Assembly (NCBI GenBank): GCA_947628095.1
Contig: CANQYO010000002.1
Coordinates: 1-52,258, forward strand
DNA: 52,258 nucleotides
From: an uncultured Bacilli bacterium
GTDB lineage: Bacteria > Bacillota_I > Bacilli_A > RF39 > UBA660
Direction of reading: 5' to 3'
Made by a program: the position numbers and the translations under genes. Below, piece by piece: positions 19,904 through 29,201 of this stretch (the stretch's first letter is position 1; each line of letters starts with the position of its first letter). The notes under the pieces were generated by a model. It did not search any database, was not told the origin of the DNA, and saw only the letters and a program-made list of their open reading frames with translations.

Positions 19904-19975
19904 GTGCCGAAAGACAGAATTGAACTGTCCGCTGGTCCTTACCAAAGACCTGTTTTACCACTAAACTATATCGGC
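19902..19975 (-). tRNA. tRNA-Thr (anticodon GGU), CCA encoded
   Basis: The reverse complement folds as a cloverleaf with a GCCGATA acceptor stem (one T:T mismatch at 6:67), a GTTT/AAAC D-stem, a GGTCT/GGACC anticodon stem with loop TTGGTAA, and a GACAG-TTCAATT-CTGTC T-arm. Length 74 nt. Confidence 0.9.
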
Positions 19976-19988
19976 AATAATTAGTTTT

Positions 19989-20396
19989 TTAACTAATTTT
20001 ATGTTCTTTATTTCCTCTTATTAATCTTAAAGCTTTTCTGGCACTAGAGTAGTCGTCGTTTTCAGAATCAGCAATAATTTTTTTATAATATTCAGGATTA
20101 TTTTTTTCATAGTATTCAAATATTGCTTCAAGTTGTTTGCATGCTGCTATACAAAGAGGAGTATCAATATTAAGAACTACTAAATCATATATTTGCTCAA
20201 TTGACATCTTTCTAACTACTAATAATAAAATTGCCTCATCAACTGGTAAATCAAGAGGATTTCTTCTAATAAGTTCCTCTTTAGCTAAAGTTGAAATGAT
20301 AACACTTTTATCAAAAATCTTTTTTATAACTTTTTCAATAGGAAGATATCTTAATTTGTTTCTTTCAACAAATTCAATCTTTTCATAATTATTCAT
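19989..20396 (-). CDS. Hypothetical protein (135 aa) immediately downstream of sigE
   Basis: ATG at 20396, 5 nt behind AGGTGGG. No recognisable motif. It occupies the position where sigG usually lies. Confidence 0.55.
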   Translation of the reverse strand: MNNYEKIEFVERNKLRYLPIEKVIKKIFDKSVIISTLAKEELIRRNPLDLPVDEAILLLVVRKMSIEQIYDLVVLNIDTPLCIAACKQLEAIFEYYEKNNPEYYKKIIADSENDDYSSARKALRLIRGNKEHKIS

Positions 20397-20439
20397 AAAA
20401 ACCCACCTAAACAATATAATACTATTAAAAAAAATATTG

Positions 20440-21138
20440 TCAACATTTAACAATATTTTTTAAGCGCTTTATTACTTTTTTTTCAATTCGTGAAATATAT
20501 GATTGACTAATACCTAAAATTTCAGCAACTTCTTTTTGAGTTTTTTCTTTTTTGCCATTTAGTCCATATCGCATAATAATAATTTCTTTTTCCCTAGCTG
20601 GTAATTTGTTAATTTCTTCTAACATCATTGTTCTATTAAGTTCATCTTCTAGTGGTTTAGTGACAATATTGGCATCTGTTCCTAAAACATCTTCTAAGTG
20701 AAGTTCATTTCCATCAGCATCTAAACTTAAACTTTCGTCAAAACTAATTTCGGTTTTTATTTTTTTATTTTTTCTTAAGAACATTAAAATTTCATTATCA
20801 ATACATCTTGAAGCATAAGTTGCCAATTTAATATTTTTGTCCATACTAAAAGTTTTAATTCCTTTCATGAGACCAATTGTTCCTATTGAAACTAAATCTT
20901 CTAAATCAACTCCGGTGTTTTCATATTTTTTAGCTAAAAATACTACTAATCTTAAATTATGTTCAATTAATTTATCTCTTGCAAACATATCTCCATCACT
21001 TGCCATGACTAAGTAATATTCTTCTTCTTCACGTGTCAATGGGGGAGGTAATTTATCAGTTGCTCCAACATAAAATAAAGAACCTACATTTTCAAAATAA
21101 CGACATAAAAGACCAATTAAGTTAAGTATTCCTATCAT
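20440..21138 (-). CDS. sigE: Sporulation sigma factor SigE precursor (pro-sigma-E)
   Basis: Pro-sequence ending 'FYVGATDKLPPPLTREEE', region 2 'HNLRLVVFLAKKY' and 'IGTIGLMKGIKTF', and region 4 'TQKEVAEILGISQSYISRIEKK'. It lies downstream of spoIIGA. Confidence 0.9.
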   Translation of the reverse strand: MIGILNLIGLLCRYFENVGSLFYVGATDKLPPPLTREEEEYYLVMASDGDMFARDKLIEHNLRLVVFLAKKYENTGVDLEDLVSIGTIGLMKGIKTFSMDKNIKLATYASRCIDNEILMFLRKNKKIKTEISFDESLSLDADGNELHLEDVLGTDANIVTKPLEDELNRTMMLEEINKLPAREKEIIIMRYGLNGKKEKTQKEVAEILGISQSYISRIEKKVIKRLKNIVKC

Positions 21139-21917
21139 TTTAATTCTCCTTTCATTTTATTATGTAGAATACAATTTATTCCGTCTAATTTAAATTTAAA
21201 ATTTGAAATTCCTATTAAATAATTATTAAATTCTTGATTATCAATATAGATTTTTTCAGGTTTTAAACACTTTACTAGTCCATTAAAATTTAAACTCTCA
21301 TACGGAGTATAAATAACATCTTTTAAATTATAATTTAATTTTAAATTAACTAAAACAATGCCTCTTTTTTTGTATGGGTCATATAAATTATTTCCTGTAT
21401 CTAAAAAGCCATTTAAATGATATATTTTTTTGTTGTAAATGATATCAACTTTATGATAATTGGAATAATTTTCTTTTAATTTTTTTGTTTCTTTAATATA
21501 AAAAATAATAACAATTGGACTTATAATCAATAGAATTATATAATTAAAATTAACTCCTGATTGATACATTAAAAGTCCTTTACTTGAATATGAAAAAGTA
21601 TCACTAAGTAAATAAATACCACCTCCTAAAATAATACTAACTAAGTAAAAATAACCTAAGTTACTTAATGTATATTTTAAATTTTTATAAGAAAATGTTG
21701 TAATTATGATAAGGAAGCTAACTAAAAATTTAAAAATAAAAAGAAAAAAATTATTTAAATTTAAAAATAAGATAAAAATAGTTAGTCCTCCAACTAAAGA
21801 ACCTAAAATAATTCTTTTGAATTTTATATTTCTTTTAAGAAGTAAAGAGACGGTAATAAGAATTAAAAAATCTAGCCATACGTTTATAAAAAAAACTAAG
21901 TCAAGATAAATTTTCAT
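21135..21917 (-). CDS. spoIIGA: Sigma-E processing aspartic peptidase SpoIIGA
   Basis: Five N-terminal TM helices and the catalytic 'FLDTGNNLYDP' motif. It overlaps the sigE start by 4 nt. Confidence 0.85.
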   Translation of the reverse strand: MKIYLDLVFFINVWLDFLILITVSLLLKRNIKFKRIILGSLVGGLTIFILFLNLNNFFLFIFKFLVSFLIIITTFSYKNLKYTLSNLGYFYLVSIILGGGIYLLSDTFSYSSKGLLMYQSGVNFNYIILLIISPIVIIFYIKETKKLKENYSNYHKVDIIYNKKIYHLNGFLDTGNNLYDPYKKRGIVLVNLKLNYNLKDVIYTPYESLNFNGLVKCLKPEKIYIDNQEFNNYLIGISNFKFKLDGINCILHNKMKGELK

Positions 21918-21959
21918 TCAATCACCATTTTAAATATATACTTAAATTAGTTCTAAATT

Positions 21960-21966
21960 TGTCGAA
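21960..21966. promoter_or_regulatory. Perfect Spo0A box (TGTCGAA) in the spoIIGA promoter region
   Basis: Exact 0A-box consensus ~45 nt upstream of the spoIIGA ATG. On the coding strand it reads TTCGACA, followed 20-22 nt later by TATATA/TATATT. Confidence 0.45.
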
Positions 21967-21984
21967 TAAAAAAACTAGATAAGT

Positions 21985-22545
21985 TTATTTTTTCTTTTTC
22001 TTATCTAGCTTTAAATAATTATTAAGGTTGATTTTTCCTTTTTTATTTTTAGTTTTAAAAAGAATATAAATAGGTTCTTTTTTTAAATTTTTAACTTCAT
22101 CTTTAAGTAATTTTATTTTTATGTGTTCTTCATTAACTTCAAAAGGAAGAAGATTAACATATTTTAATTTTTGATAGGCAGTTGAACCAGATAATGATTT
22201 TCCTGTATCAACTAAATTTAAACTATTATTTTTAATCTCTTGATATTTATTTTTTCTTTTTATTACTACATTAAAATCATATATATTATTATAAGAATTT
22301 TTATTATTACGTATTTGGAGAAGAAAATCTAATTCAATTGCTTTAGTATCATTAAGAATTTTATTATTTTCATCATGCCAAGTATCTTTGTTTAAAATTT
22401 CCATTTTCATTTTTAAAATATTTAGATATAATTTTCCTCTTGATTTAATAAAGTCATATAAAATAATGGATAAAAGAGAAGTAAAAATAGCTATTAATAT
22501 AATTGAAATTATAATTTCTAAATCATTACTGTAAAAGTTTAACAT
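21985..22545 (-). CDS. Hypothetical single-pass membrane protein (186 aa)
   Basis: ATG at 22545 behind AGGGGG, with an N-terminal TM helix. No recognisable motif. Confidence 0.5.
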   Translation of the reverse strand: MLNFYSNDLEIIISIILIAIFTSLLSIILYDFIKSRGKLYLNILKMKMEILNKDTWHDENNKILNDTKAIELDFLLQIRNNKNSYNNIYDFNVVIKRKNKYQEIKNNSLNLVDTGKSLSGSTAYQKLKYVNLLPFEVNEEHIKIKLLKDEVKNLKKEPIYILFKTKNKKGKINLNNYLKLDKKKKK

Positions 22546-22653
22546 AATAACCCCCTTAAAAGTTGAATATATTATAACACATAATATGTGTAATATCAAT
22601 TAATAAAAATTAAATAAAAATAATTTAAAATACTTTTTCTATTTCTTTAATTA

Positions 22654-22662
22654 TGATATATT
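22654..22662 (+). promoter_or_regulatory. Extended -10 TGaTATATT
   Basis: TGnTATATT 22 nt before the ATG at 22685. Confidence 0.35.
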
Positions 22663-22684
22663 AACTATAGAGAGGAGAGTTTGT

Positions 22685-23080
22685 ATGTTTAATTCAGTAG
22701 ATTTAGCTGGAATGATGGCTTTTATTTCAGCATATGCAATATTTTTTATTGTAATTGATATTTTATGCATTGTTGCAAATTGGAAAATTTTTACTAAAGC
22801 TGGACGTCCTGGATGGCATTCTATAATTCCTATTTATTCAACTTATGCATTATTCGAAATAGTTGGACTAAAAGGTTGGTATATTTTCCTAATTTTTATA
22901 CCATTTGTAGGTTCACTAATTATAACAGTATTTTCAGTAATTGCTTCACTTAATCTTGCAAAATGTTTTGGTAAAAGCACAGGTTTTGGAGTAGGACTTT
23001 TTTTCTTACCATTTATTTTCCAATTAATTCTTGCATTTGATAGTTCTACATATACAAAACCAGAAGTTCCAAACAAATAA
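22685..23080 (+). CDS. DUF5684-like small membrane protein
   Basis: 'VANWKIFTKAGRPGWHSIIPIYSTY' and 'AKCFGKSTGFGVGLFFLPFIF' match that family as I recall it. Confidence 0.6.
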   Translation: MFNSVDLAGMMAFISAYAIFFIVIDILCIVANWKIFTKAGRPGWHSIIPIYSTYALFEIVGLKGWYIFLIFIPFVGSLIITVFSVIASLNLAKCFGKSTGFGVGLFFLPFIFQLILAFDSSTYTKPEVPNK

Positions 23081-23148
23081 TCATTTTGGTCACTGAATTT
23101 TTCGGTGATTTTTTTTAAATTTTTAGCCATACTAAAACTGGTGAGATA

Positions 23149-23664
23149 ATGCTATATTTAAATTACTTTTGGTTTTATTCATTTTTAGGTTTTATTATGG
23201 AAAGTACTTTATATAAAATAACTGATGTTAATAATCATAGTGGAATTTTTTATGGTCCTTATACATTTGTTTATGGTTTTGGAGTTTTAATTTCTATTGT
23301 AATCTATAATTTTTTAGAAAAAGTATTACCAATTAAAAAGAAGTTAATTAAAGTATTTATATATTTTCTTCTTTTTACAATAACATTATCTTTAGTTGAA
23401 TATTTAGGAGGAATTTTACTTAGATTTGTTTTTAATGTTGATTTATGGAATTATAGTAGTCATAAAGATGCTATTGGTAAATATATTTGTATAACTAATT
23501 CTCTTGTTTGGGGAATTCTTGGAGTTATAAATATTTATGTTTTATATCCTAAAATTAAAAAAATGTTAATTAAATTACCCCATATCTATACATTTATAAT
23601 ATATGGTCTTATGGGAATAGACATAATTATAACAATGATTGTAAGAATTATTATGCAAAAATAA
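23149..23664 (+). CDS. Polytopic membrane protein, PF06541-like ('putative ABC-transporter type IV')
   Basis: N-terminal 'FWFYSFLGFIMESTLYKI' and 5-6 TM helices. Assigned from memory. Confidence 0.5.
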   Translation: MLYLNYFWFYSFLGFIMESTLYKITDVNNHSGIFYGPYTFVYGFGVLISIVIYNFLEKVLPIKKKLIKVFIYFLLFTITLSLVEYLGGILLRFVFNVDLWNYSSHKDAIGKYICITNSLVWGILGVINIYVLYPKIKKMLIKLPHIYTFIIYGLMGIDIIITMIVRIIMQK

Positions 23665-23741
23665 AATTATATAAAAATAAATAGATATTTTAAAATTAAG
23701 ATTAATTTAAAAAAAACATCATATACTTAAATGGTGGAAAT

Positions 23742-25649
23742 ATGTTTAATAAAAAGATTGATGGTAGAATTAAATTAGTTTTAATTTTTTTTATTAGTTT
23801 TTTTATCGTAATATTTTTAAAAATTGTTTATATTGAGATGATTGATTATAAGAAATTATCAACTTTAGCTAAAGATTTATGGAGTCGTGATTTACCAATT
23901 GAAGCTAATCGGGGGTTAATTCTTGATAGAAATGGAGTAGTTTTAGCAGATAATATTACGACCACAAGTTTAGTTTTAGTACCATCTCAGATAAAAAATA
24001 AAGAAGAAGTTAGTAAAACATTAGCAGATATTTTAGGTGTTTCTTATGACGAGATGCAAGAGCATGTTTATAAGCAAACATCAATAGAAAGAGTTCATCC
24101 TGAAGGAAGAAGATTAAGTTATCAAATTGCTGATAAAATTGAAAGTTATAATTATGATGGTGTATATTTAGTTAAAGAATCAAAACGATATTATCCATAT
24201 GGAGAAGCCCTTTCTCATGTTCTTGGGTATGTAGGTATTGATAATCAAGGTTTAGGTGGAATTGAACTTATGTATGATGAATATCTTCAAGGTGAGAATG
24301 GTGCTATAAAATATTTTAGTGATGCAAAAGGGAATAAAATTAATTTATCAGAATTATATTTAGAACCAGCTAGTGGTATGAATATCACTTTAACTATTGA
24401 TATCAATGTTCAACTTGCTATTGAAAGAGAATTGAATAATGTTTCAAGTACTTTAAAACCAGATAATTCTTTAGCAGTAGTGATTGACCCCAATACAGGA
24501 GAAATTTTAGCTATGGCAAGTAGACCGACTTTTAATCCTAATAATTATAAAATCTTCAAAACAGAAGTTTTAAATCGAAATTTACCTGTTTGGAAAACTT
24601 ATGAACCAGGGTCAACATTTAAGATAATTACAATGAGTAGTGCAATTGAAGAAAAAGTTATTGATATTTATAATGACCATTTTTATGATTCTGGAAGTGT
24701 GCATATAAATGGAACTAGAATAGGATGTTGGAAATCAGGAGGTCATGGAGACCAAACTTTTCTGCAAGTTCTTGAAAATTCCTGTAACCCAGGTTTTGTA
24801 AAATTAGGACAATTACTTGGTAAAGAAAAATTATTTTCATATTTTTCCTTATTTGGCTTTGGTTCTAAAACAGGGATAGATTTAAATGGAGAAGCAACTG
24901 GAATTATGTTTCCTCTTGATAAAGTTGGCGAATTGGAATTAGTTACTTCGGCATTTGGACAAGGAATTAGTGTTACTCCAATTCAGCAAGTAGTAGCAGT
25001 TAGTAGTGTTGTTAATGGAGGAAATTTATATCAACCTTATGTTGTAAAAAGTATTAATGAACCAACAACTAATAGTGTTATTTTGAGTAATTCTAAAAAA
25101 TTTATTAGAAAAACAATTAGTAAAGAAACTTCTGAAACAATGAAGTATGCCCTTGAAAGTGTAGTAGCAAGAGGTGGGGGAAGATATGCATATATTGATG
25201 GATATCGTGTAGGGGGAAAAACTGGGACAGCTCAAAAAGTTGAAAATGGACATTATTTAGATAATAATTATATTATGAGTTTCATGTCAGTTGTACCAAG
25301 TAATGACCCTAAAGCAATTTTGTATGTTGCTATTGATAATCCTAAAAATACAGCTCTTTTATCAAGTTATACTACAGCTCCAGTTGCTAGACGAATTCTT
25401 TTAGATATAATTGATGCACTTAACATAAAAAGACAAAGTGGTGGAATAGAAAAAGTACGTTACTGGGATGATGAAATTTATTATAATTTACCAAATACTA
25501 TAGGTAAAACTAAAAAAGAAGCAACTAAAGAATTGTTTTACTATAATGTAGAATATTCAGGCTTTGGAGATAAAGTTATTGACCAAAGTCCTAGTCCTGG
25601 AACGTATTTAGCAGCATCTTCTACCGTTAGATTATTACTGGGAAATTAA
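23742..25649 (+). CDS. spoVD: Class B penicillin-binding protein with a C-terminal PASTA domain (SpoVD/PBP2B-type)
   Basis: Transpeptidase motifs 'GSTFK', 'SCN' and 'KTGTA', an N-terminal dimerisation domain, and a PASTA-like C-terminus. The choice between SpoVD and PBP2B cannot be settled from sequence alone. Confidence 0.75.
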   Translation: MFNKKIDGRIKLVLIFFISFFIVIFLKIVYIEMIDYKKLSTLAKDLWSRDLPIEANRGLILDRNGVVLADNITTTSLVLVPSQIKNKEEVSKTLADILGVSYDEMQEHVYKQTSIERVHPEGRRLSYQIADKIESYNYDGVYLVKESKRYYPYGEALSHVLGYVGIDNQGLGGIELMYDEYLQGENGAIKYFSDAKGNKINLSELYLEPASGMNITLTIDINVQLAIERELNNVSSTLKPDNSLAVVIDPNTGEILAMASRPTFNPNNYKIFKTEVLNRNLPVWKTYEPGSTFKIITMSSAIEEKVIDIYNDHFYDSGSVHINGTRIGCWKSGGHGDQTFLQVLENSCNPGFVKLGQLLGKEKLFSYFSLFGFGSKTGIDLNGEATGIMFPLDKVGELELVTSAFGQGISVTPIQQVVAVSSVVNGGNLYQPYVVKSINEPTTNSVILSNSKKFIRKTISKETSETMKYALESVVARGGGRYAYIDGYRVGGKTGTAQKVENGHYLDNNYIMSFMSVVPSNDPKAILYVAIDNPKNTALLSSYTTAPVARRILLDIIDALNIKRQSGGIEKVRYWDDEIYYNLPNTIGKTKKEATKELFYYNVEYSGFGDKVIDQSPSPGTYLAASSTVRLLLGN

Positions 25650-25743
25650 TTATTTATATTTTAGAAATTAATTACTTTACACTTGAAAATTAATTGGTTG
25701 AAAAATTAAAAAAATGCTTTATAATAGAGTTATAGGAGTCAAT

Positions 25744-26343
25744 ATGAAAAAAGAACTTTTAAAAGACTTTGAAAAGCTAAAAAAAGATTTTAAAACGAAA
25801 AATTATAAACCACAAATTGCAAACATTTTAACAGCTACAAGATTATTATCACCATTTGTTTTAATTCCGCTTATTTATTATGATAAATTATTATATGCAA
25901 TCATAATGGTTTCTTTATTTTCTTTAACAGATACATTTGATGGTTATTTTGCTAGAAAATATAATGCTGTTTCAACTTTAGGAAAATACTTAGATGCAGT
26001 TGTTGATAAAATATTTGCTTTAAGTCTTTTAATTCCTATCGTTTTAAAAATGAGTATTAAACATGATTTAATTTTAGTTAATGTAATTTTAGAAATTATT
26101 ATTGGTATTCTTAACTTGTATTCATTCTTTAAAAATTTAGACCCAACTTCTACAATTTATGGAAAAGTAAAAACAATATTTTTATTTACTTTAATTGCAA
26201 TTTTATATTTAAATAAATTAGTTTTTATTAATGAAACTGTATTATATACATTTATAGTTATAACAATTGCTTTACAGTTCTTAACAATTATATCTTATTT
26301 TATACAAATAAAAAGAAGAAAGAATTTACTCGTTACTTCTTAG
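25744..26343 (+). CDS. CDP-alcohol phosphatidyltransferase (PgsA-like)
   Basis: 'DTFDGYFARKYNAVSTLGKYLDAVVDK' is the D-x2-DG-x2-AR-x8-G-x3-D-x3-D signature. The start is the ATG at 25744 behind AGGAG. Confidence 0.85.
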   Translation: MKKELLKDFEKLKKDFKTKNYKPQIANILTATRLLSPFVLIPLIYYDKLLYAIIMVSLFSLTDTFDGYFARKYNAVSTLGKYLDAVVDKIFALSLLIPIVLKMSIKHDLILVNVILEIIIGILNLYSFFKNLDPTSTIYGKVKTIFLFTLIAILYLNKLVFINETVLYTFIVITIALQFLTIISYFIQIKRRKNLLVTS

Positions 26344-26782
26344 CAATATTTATATTGTTAGTTCTTCCAGCAAGATAATCTAGACTTATATTAAATTCTT
26401 TGGCAAAATTAAAAATAAAAGCAGTTAAAATTAAAGTTTTGCCATTTTCATAAGAACTAATATTAGATTGAGATGTATTAATAATTTTGGCTAACTCCAT
26501 TTGAGTTAGTCGATTTTTTATTCTTGTTTTTTTAAGTCTATTACTTATAATTTCCATATTAATGTTACATTTTTTACTAGGGACGTTCGTATCAGTAAGA
26601 CCACACACAAAATCCATTGAAACTTGAAAAGTATTACAAAAATTAAATAGATGTTTAAGAGGGATGATGTGTTCACCAGTCTCAAAGTAATTATAACTTG
26701 ATTTGCTAATTTTTAAAATCTTTGCTATTTCTCTTTGACTAAGTTCGTGGTCCTCTCGAATCTTTTTCAAATTGTTAAACAT
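26333..26782 (-). CDS. Transcriptional regulator with two XRE-type HTH domains
   Basis: Two HTH_3 units, 'LSQREIAKILKISKSSYNYFETG' and 'LTQMELAKIINTSQSNISSYENG'. It is divergent from the thyA operon and its 3' end overlaps the convergent gene by 11 nt. Confidence 0.8.
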   Translation of the reverse strand: MFNNLKKIREDHELSQREIAKILKISKSSYNYFETGEHIIPLKHLFNFCNTFQVSMDFVCGLTDTNVPSKKCNINMEIISNRLKKTRIKNRLTQMELAKIINTSQSNISSYENGKTLILTAFIFNFAKEFNISLDYLAGRTNNINIAKK

Positions 26783-27103
26783 ATTTACTACCACCACTTA
26801 AATTTTCTCATTAATTTTTATCAATGTTTTAATTTGTCCACAAATTATGATATTATTAGACACAAAAAAAGAAATGTTTACTTATTTTTTTAAAAATTAG
26901 ACAAAAAAATGAGTTAAAATGTAAAATAAATAAAATTATAAATTTAAAAAAATATAAATCTCATTATTTGAAAAAATATGCATTTAGTCTTAAAAAATAT
27001 AAATTTTATTAATTTATAAAAAAATTATATAATTTTATTTTCTAAAACTATATAAAATTTACTTAATGTTTACTTGCAAATCTTGATTATGATAACTTTG
27101 AAA

Positions 27104-27112
27104 TGTTATAAT
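27104..27112 (+). promoter_or_regulatory. Extended -10 TGtTATAAT upstream of thyA
   Basis: Exact TGnTATAAT 23 nt before the thyA ATG. Confidence 0.45.
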
Positions 27113-27135
27113 AAAAAAGAAATGGAGTAAAAAAT

Positions 27136-28035
27136 ATGTCAAAATTTGATAAGGATTATTTGAAATTATGTGAGGAGATTTTAAAACACGGAGAAGAAGT
27201 AGAAAACAGAACAGGGGTTAATACAATTAAAATTCCTGGTTATATGTTAGAATTTGATTTAGAAAAAGAATTTCCTATTTTAACTACTAAGCAAGTATTT
27301 TTTAAAAATGCAATTACTGAAATGTTATGGATATATCAAGAACAAAGTAATGATGTAAGATGGTTACAAGAAAGAAAAAATCATATTTGGGATGAATGGG
27401 AAATAGATGAAAATGGAATTTGGAAAGCTACACAGAATGTTTTAGAAAATGGAAAATTAGCGAAAAAAGAAATTAAAAAAAATTTTGGAAAAGAATATGC
27501 TCATACAATAGGAACAGCTTATGGTTGGATTGTTAAAAGATATCATTTAATTGATGAACTAATTGATAAAATTAAAAATAATCCAACTGATAGACGTATG
27601 GTTATGTCTTTATGGCAAAATGAATTTTTAGAAACAGCCGTATTGCCATCTTGTGTGTGGTCAAGTGAATGGGATGTTACTAATGGACATTTAAATTTAT
27701 GGGTACATCAACGTTCTTGCGATGTTCCTCTTGGTTTACCATTTAATATTACACAATATGCAGTTTTAATGTCATTAATTGCTAGTGTAACTGGTTTAAA
27801 ACCTGGAAAAATGTTCTGGAGTATTAAGGATGCTCACATTTATGTTAATCAAGTAGAAGGTATTAAAGAACAAATTCGAAGAGGAAAAGAATTACCAGAT
27901 TTAAAAGCTCCAACTTTATGGATAAATCCTGAAATAAAAGATTTTTATAAATTTGACAATTCTAGAGAGTTAAAAGATATTAAGATTGAAAATTATCAGC
28001 ATCATGGTAAAATTGAATTTGAAATAACTCAGTAG
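27136..28035 (+). CDS. thyA: Thymidylate synthase (ThyA type, with a ~25-aa insertion)
   Basis: 'PILTTKQVFFKNAITEMLWI', 'DRRMVMSLWQ', the catalytic 'LPSCV', and 'HQRSCDVPLGLPFNITQY'. Confidence 0.9.
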   Translation: MSKFDKDYLKLCEEILKHGEEVENRTGVNTIKIPGYMLEFDLEKEFPILTTKQVFFKNAITEMLWIYQEQSNDVRWLQERKNHIWDEWEIDENGIWKATQNVLENGKLAKKEIKKNFGKEYAHTIGTAYGWIVKRYHLIDELIDKIKNNPTDRRMVMSLWQNEFLETAVLPSCVWSSEWDVTNGHLNLWVHQRSCDVPLGLPFNITQYAVLMSLIASVTGLKPGKMFWSIKDAHIYVNQVEGIKEQIRRGKELPDLKAPTLWINPEIKDFYKFDNSRELKDIKIENYQHHGKIEFEITQ

Positions 28036-28042
28036 GTGATTT

Positions 28043-28525
28043 ATGAAAATTTCAATGATTGCTTGTGTTGGCAAGAATTTAGAACTTGGTAAAAATAATG
28101 ATTTAATTTGGCATTTAAAAGGAGATATGCAGTTTTTTAAAGAAAAAACAATTAATCATATAGTTGTTATGGGAAGTAAAACTTTTAAATCGTTGCCTGG
28201 TGTTTTAAAAGATAGAACAAATATTGTTTTAACTAGAAAAAAAGATAATTCATATCCTAAAGAAGTAATAGTTTTTAATAGTATTTCAGAATTTTTAGAA
28301 AAATATAAAAATACTTGTGAAGAAATTTTTATAATTGGAGGAGCTAATATCTACCGTGAATTTTTAAATTTAGCTGATACATTATATTTAACTGAAGTTG
28401 ATTCTAAAACTGATGCAGATGTTTATTTTCCAAATTTTGATTATAACCTTTATACTAAAGAAGTTTTAAGTCAAAATGAGGAAAATGGAATTAAATATAA
28501 ACATGTTTTATATAGGAGGAAATAG
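28043..28525 (+). CDS. folA: Dihydrofolate reductase
   Basis: 'ISMIACVGKNLELGKNNDLIWHLKGDMQFFKEKT', 'VVMGSKTFKS' and 'IIGGANIY'. Confidence 0.9.
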   Translation: MKISMIACVGKNLELGKNNDLIWHLKGDMQFFKEKTINHIVVMGSKTFKSLPGVLKDRTNIVLTRKKDNSYPKEVIVFNSISEFLEKYKNTCEEIFIIGGANIYREFLNLADTLYLTEVDSKTDADVYFPNFDYNLYTKEVLSQNEENGIKYKHVLYRRK

Positions 28526-29193
28526 TGGGAAAATTTATAGTAATTGAAGGAACTGATTGTAGTGGAAAGGAAACCCAAAGTAAACTTTTAGTTCAAAAAT
28601 TAACAGAACTTGGTAAAAAAGCTATTCGAATTACATATCCAAATTATGATAGTCCTACTGGAAAAATAGTTGGTGGACCTTATCTTGGAAAGAAAGAAAT
28701 ATGTGATTGTTGGTTTCCGGAAGGAGCTGTTAATTTAGACCCAAAAGTTGCTTCTTTATATTATGCAGCTGATAGAAAATATAATGAAGATGTATTGAAA
28801 AAGTATTTAGATGATGATTATTTTGTTATATGTGACCGTTATGTAAGTAGTAATATGGCTCATCAAGGAAGTAAAATTAAAAATGATGAAGAAAGATTTC
28901 ATATGTATGATTGGATTGATAAACTAGAATTTTGGCTTTTAGGTTTACCTAAACCAGATAAAACTATTTTTTTACATGTTCCATATATTTATGCTTTAGA
29001 ATTAAAGAAAAATCGTGAAAATTTAGATGAGCATGAATTAAGTGAAGAGCATTTAAAAAATTCGGAAGCTGCTTATATTGAATTATCGGAATTATATAAT
29101 TGGAGTTATATTAATTGTATTGACAATAAAAAAATTCGTGATATTCTAGATATCAACAAGGAGATTCTTGACTCAATAAAGGAATATATGTAG
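28525..29193 (+). CDS. tmk: Thymidylate kinase
   Basis: GTG start behind AGGAGG. P-loop 'IVIEGTDCSGKETQ' and 'CDRYVSSNMAHQ'. Confidence 0.8.
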   Translation: MGKFIVIEGTDCSGKETQSKLLVQKLTELGKKAIRITYPNYDSPTGKIVGGPYLGKKEICDCWFPEGAVNLDPKVASLYYAADRKYNEDVLKKYLDDDYFVICDRYVSSNMAHQGSKIKNDEERFHMYDWIDKLEFWLLGLPKPDKTIFLHVPYIYALELKKNRENLDEHELSEEHLKNSEAAYIELSELYNWSYINCIDNKKIRDILDINKEILDSIKEYM

Positions 29194-29201
29194 GAGAAAT
29201 T

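Noticed and set aside
27136-28035. Possibility that the ThyA homologue is a dCMP/dUMP hydroxymethylase used for DNA hypermodification.
   Set aside because: It retains the catalytic Cys ('LPSCV') and the Asn of 'LPFNITQY' that specifies dUMP in thymidylate synthases. It is also coupled to folA, as expected for a true TS. The insertion is the only oddity.
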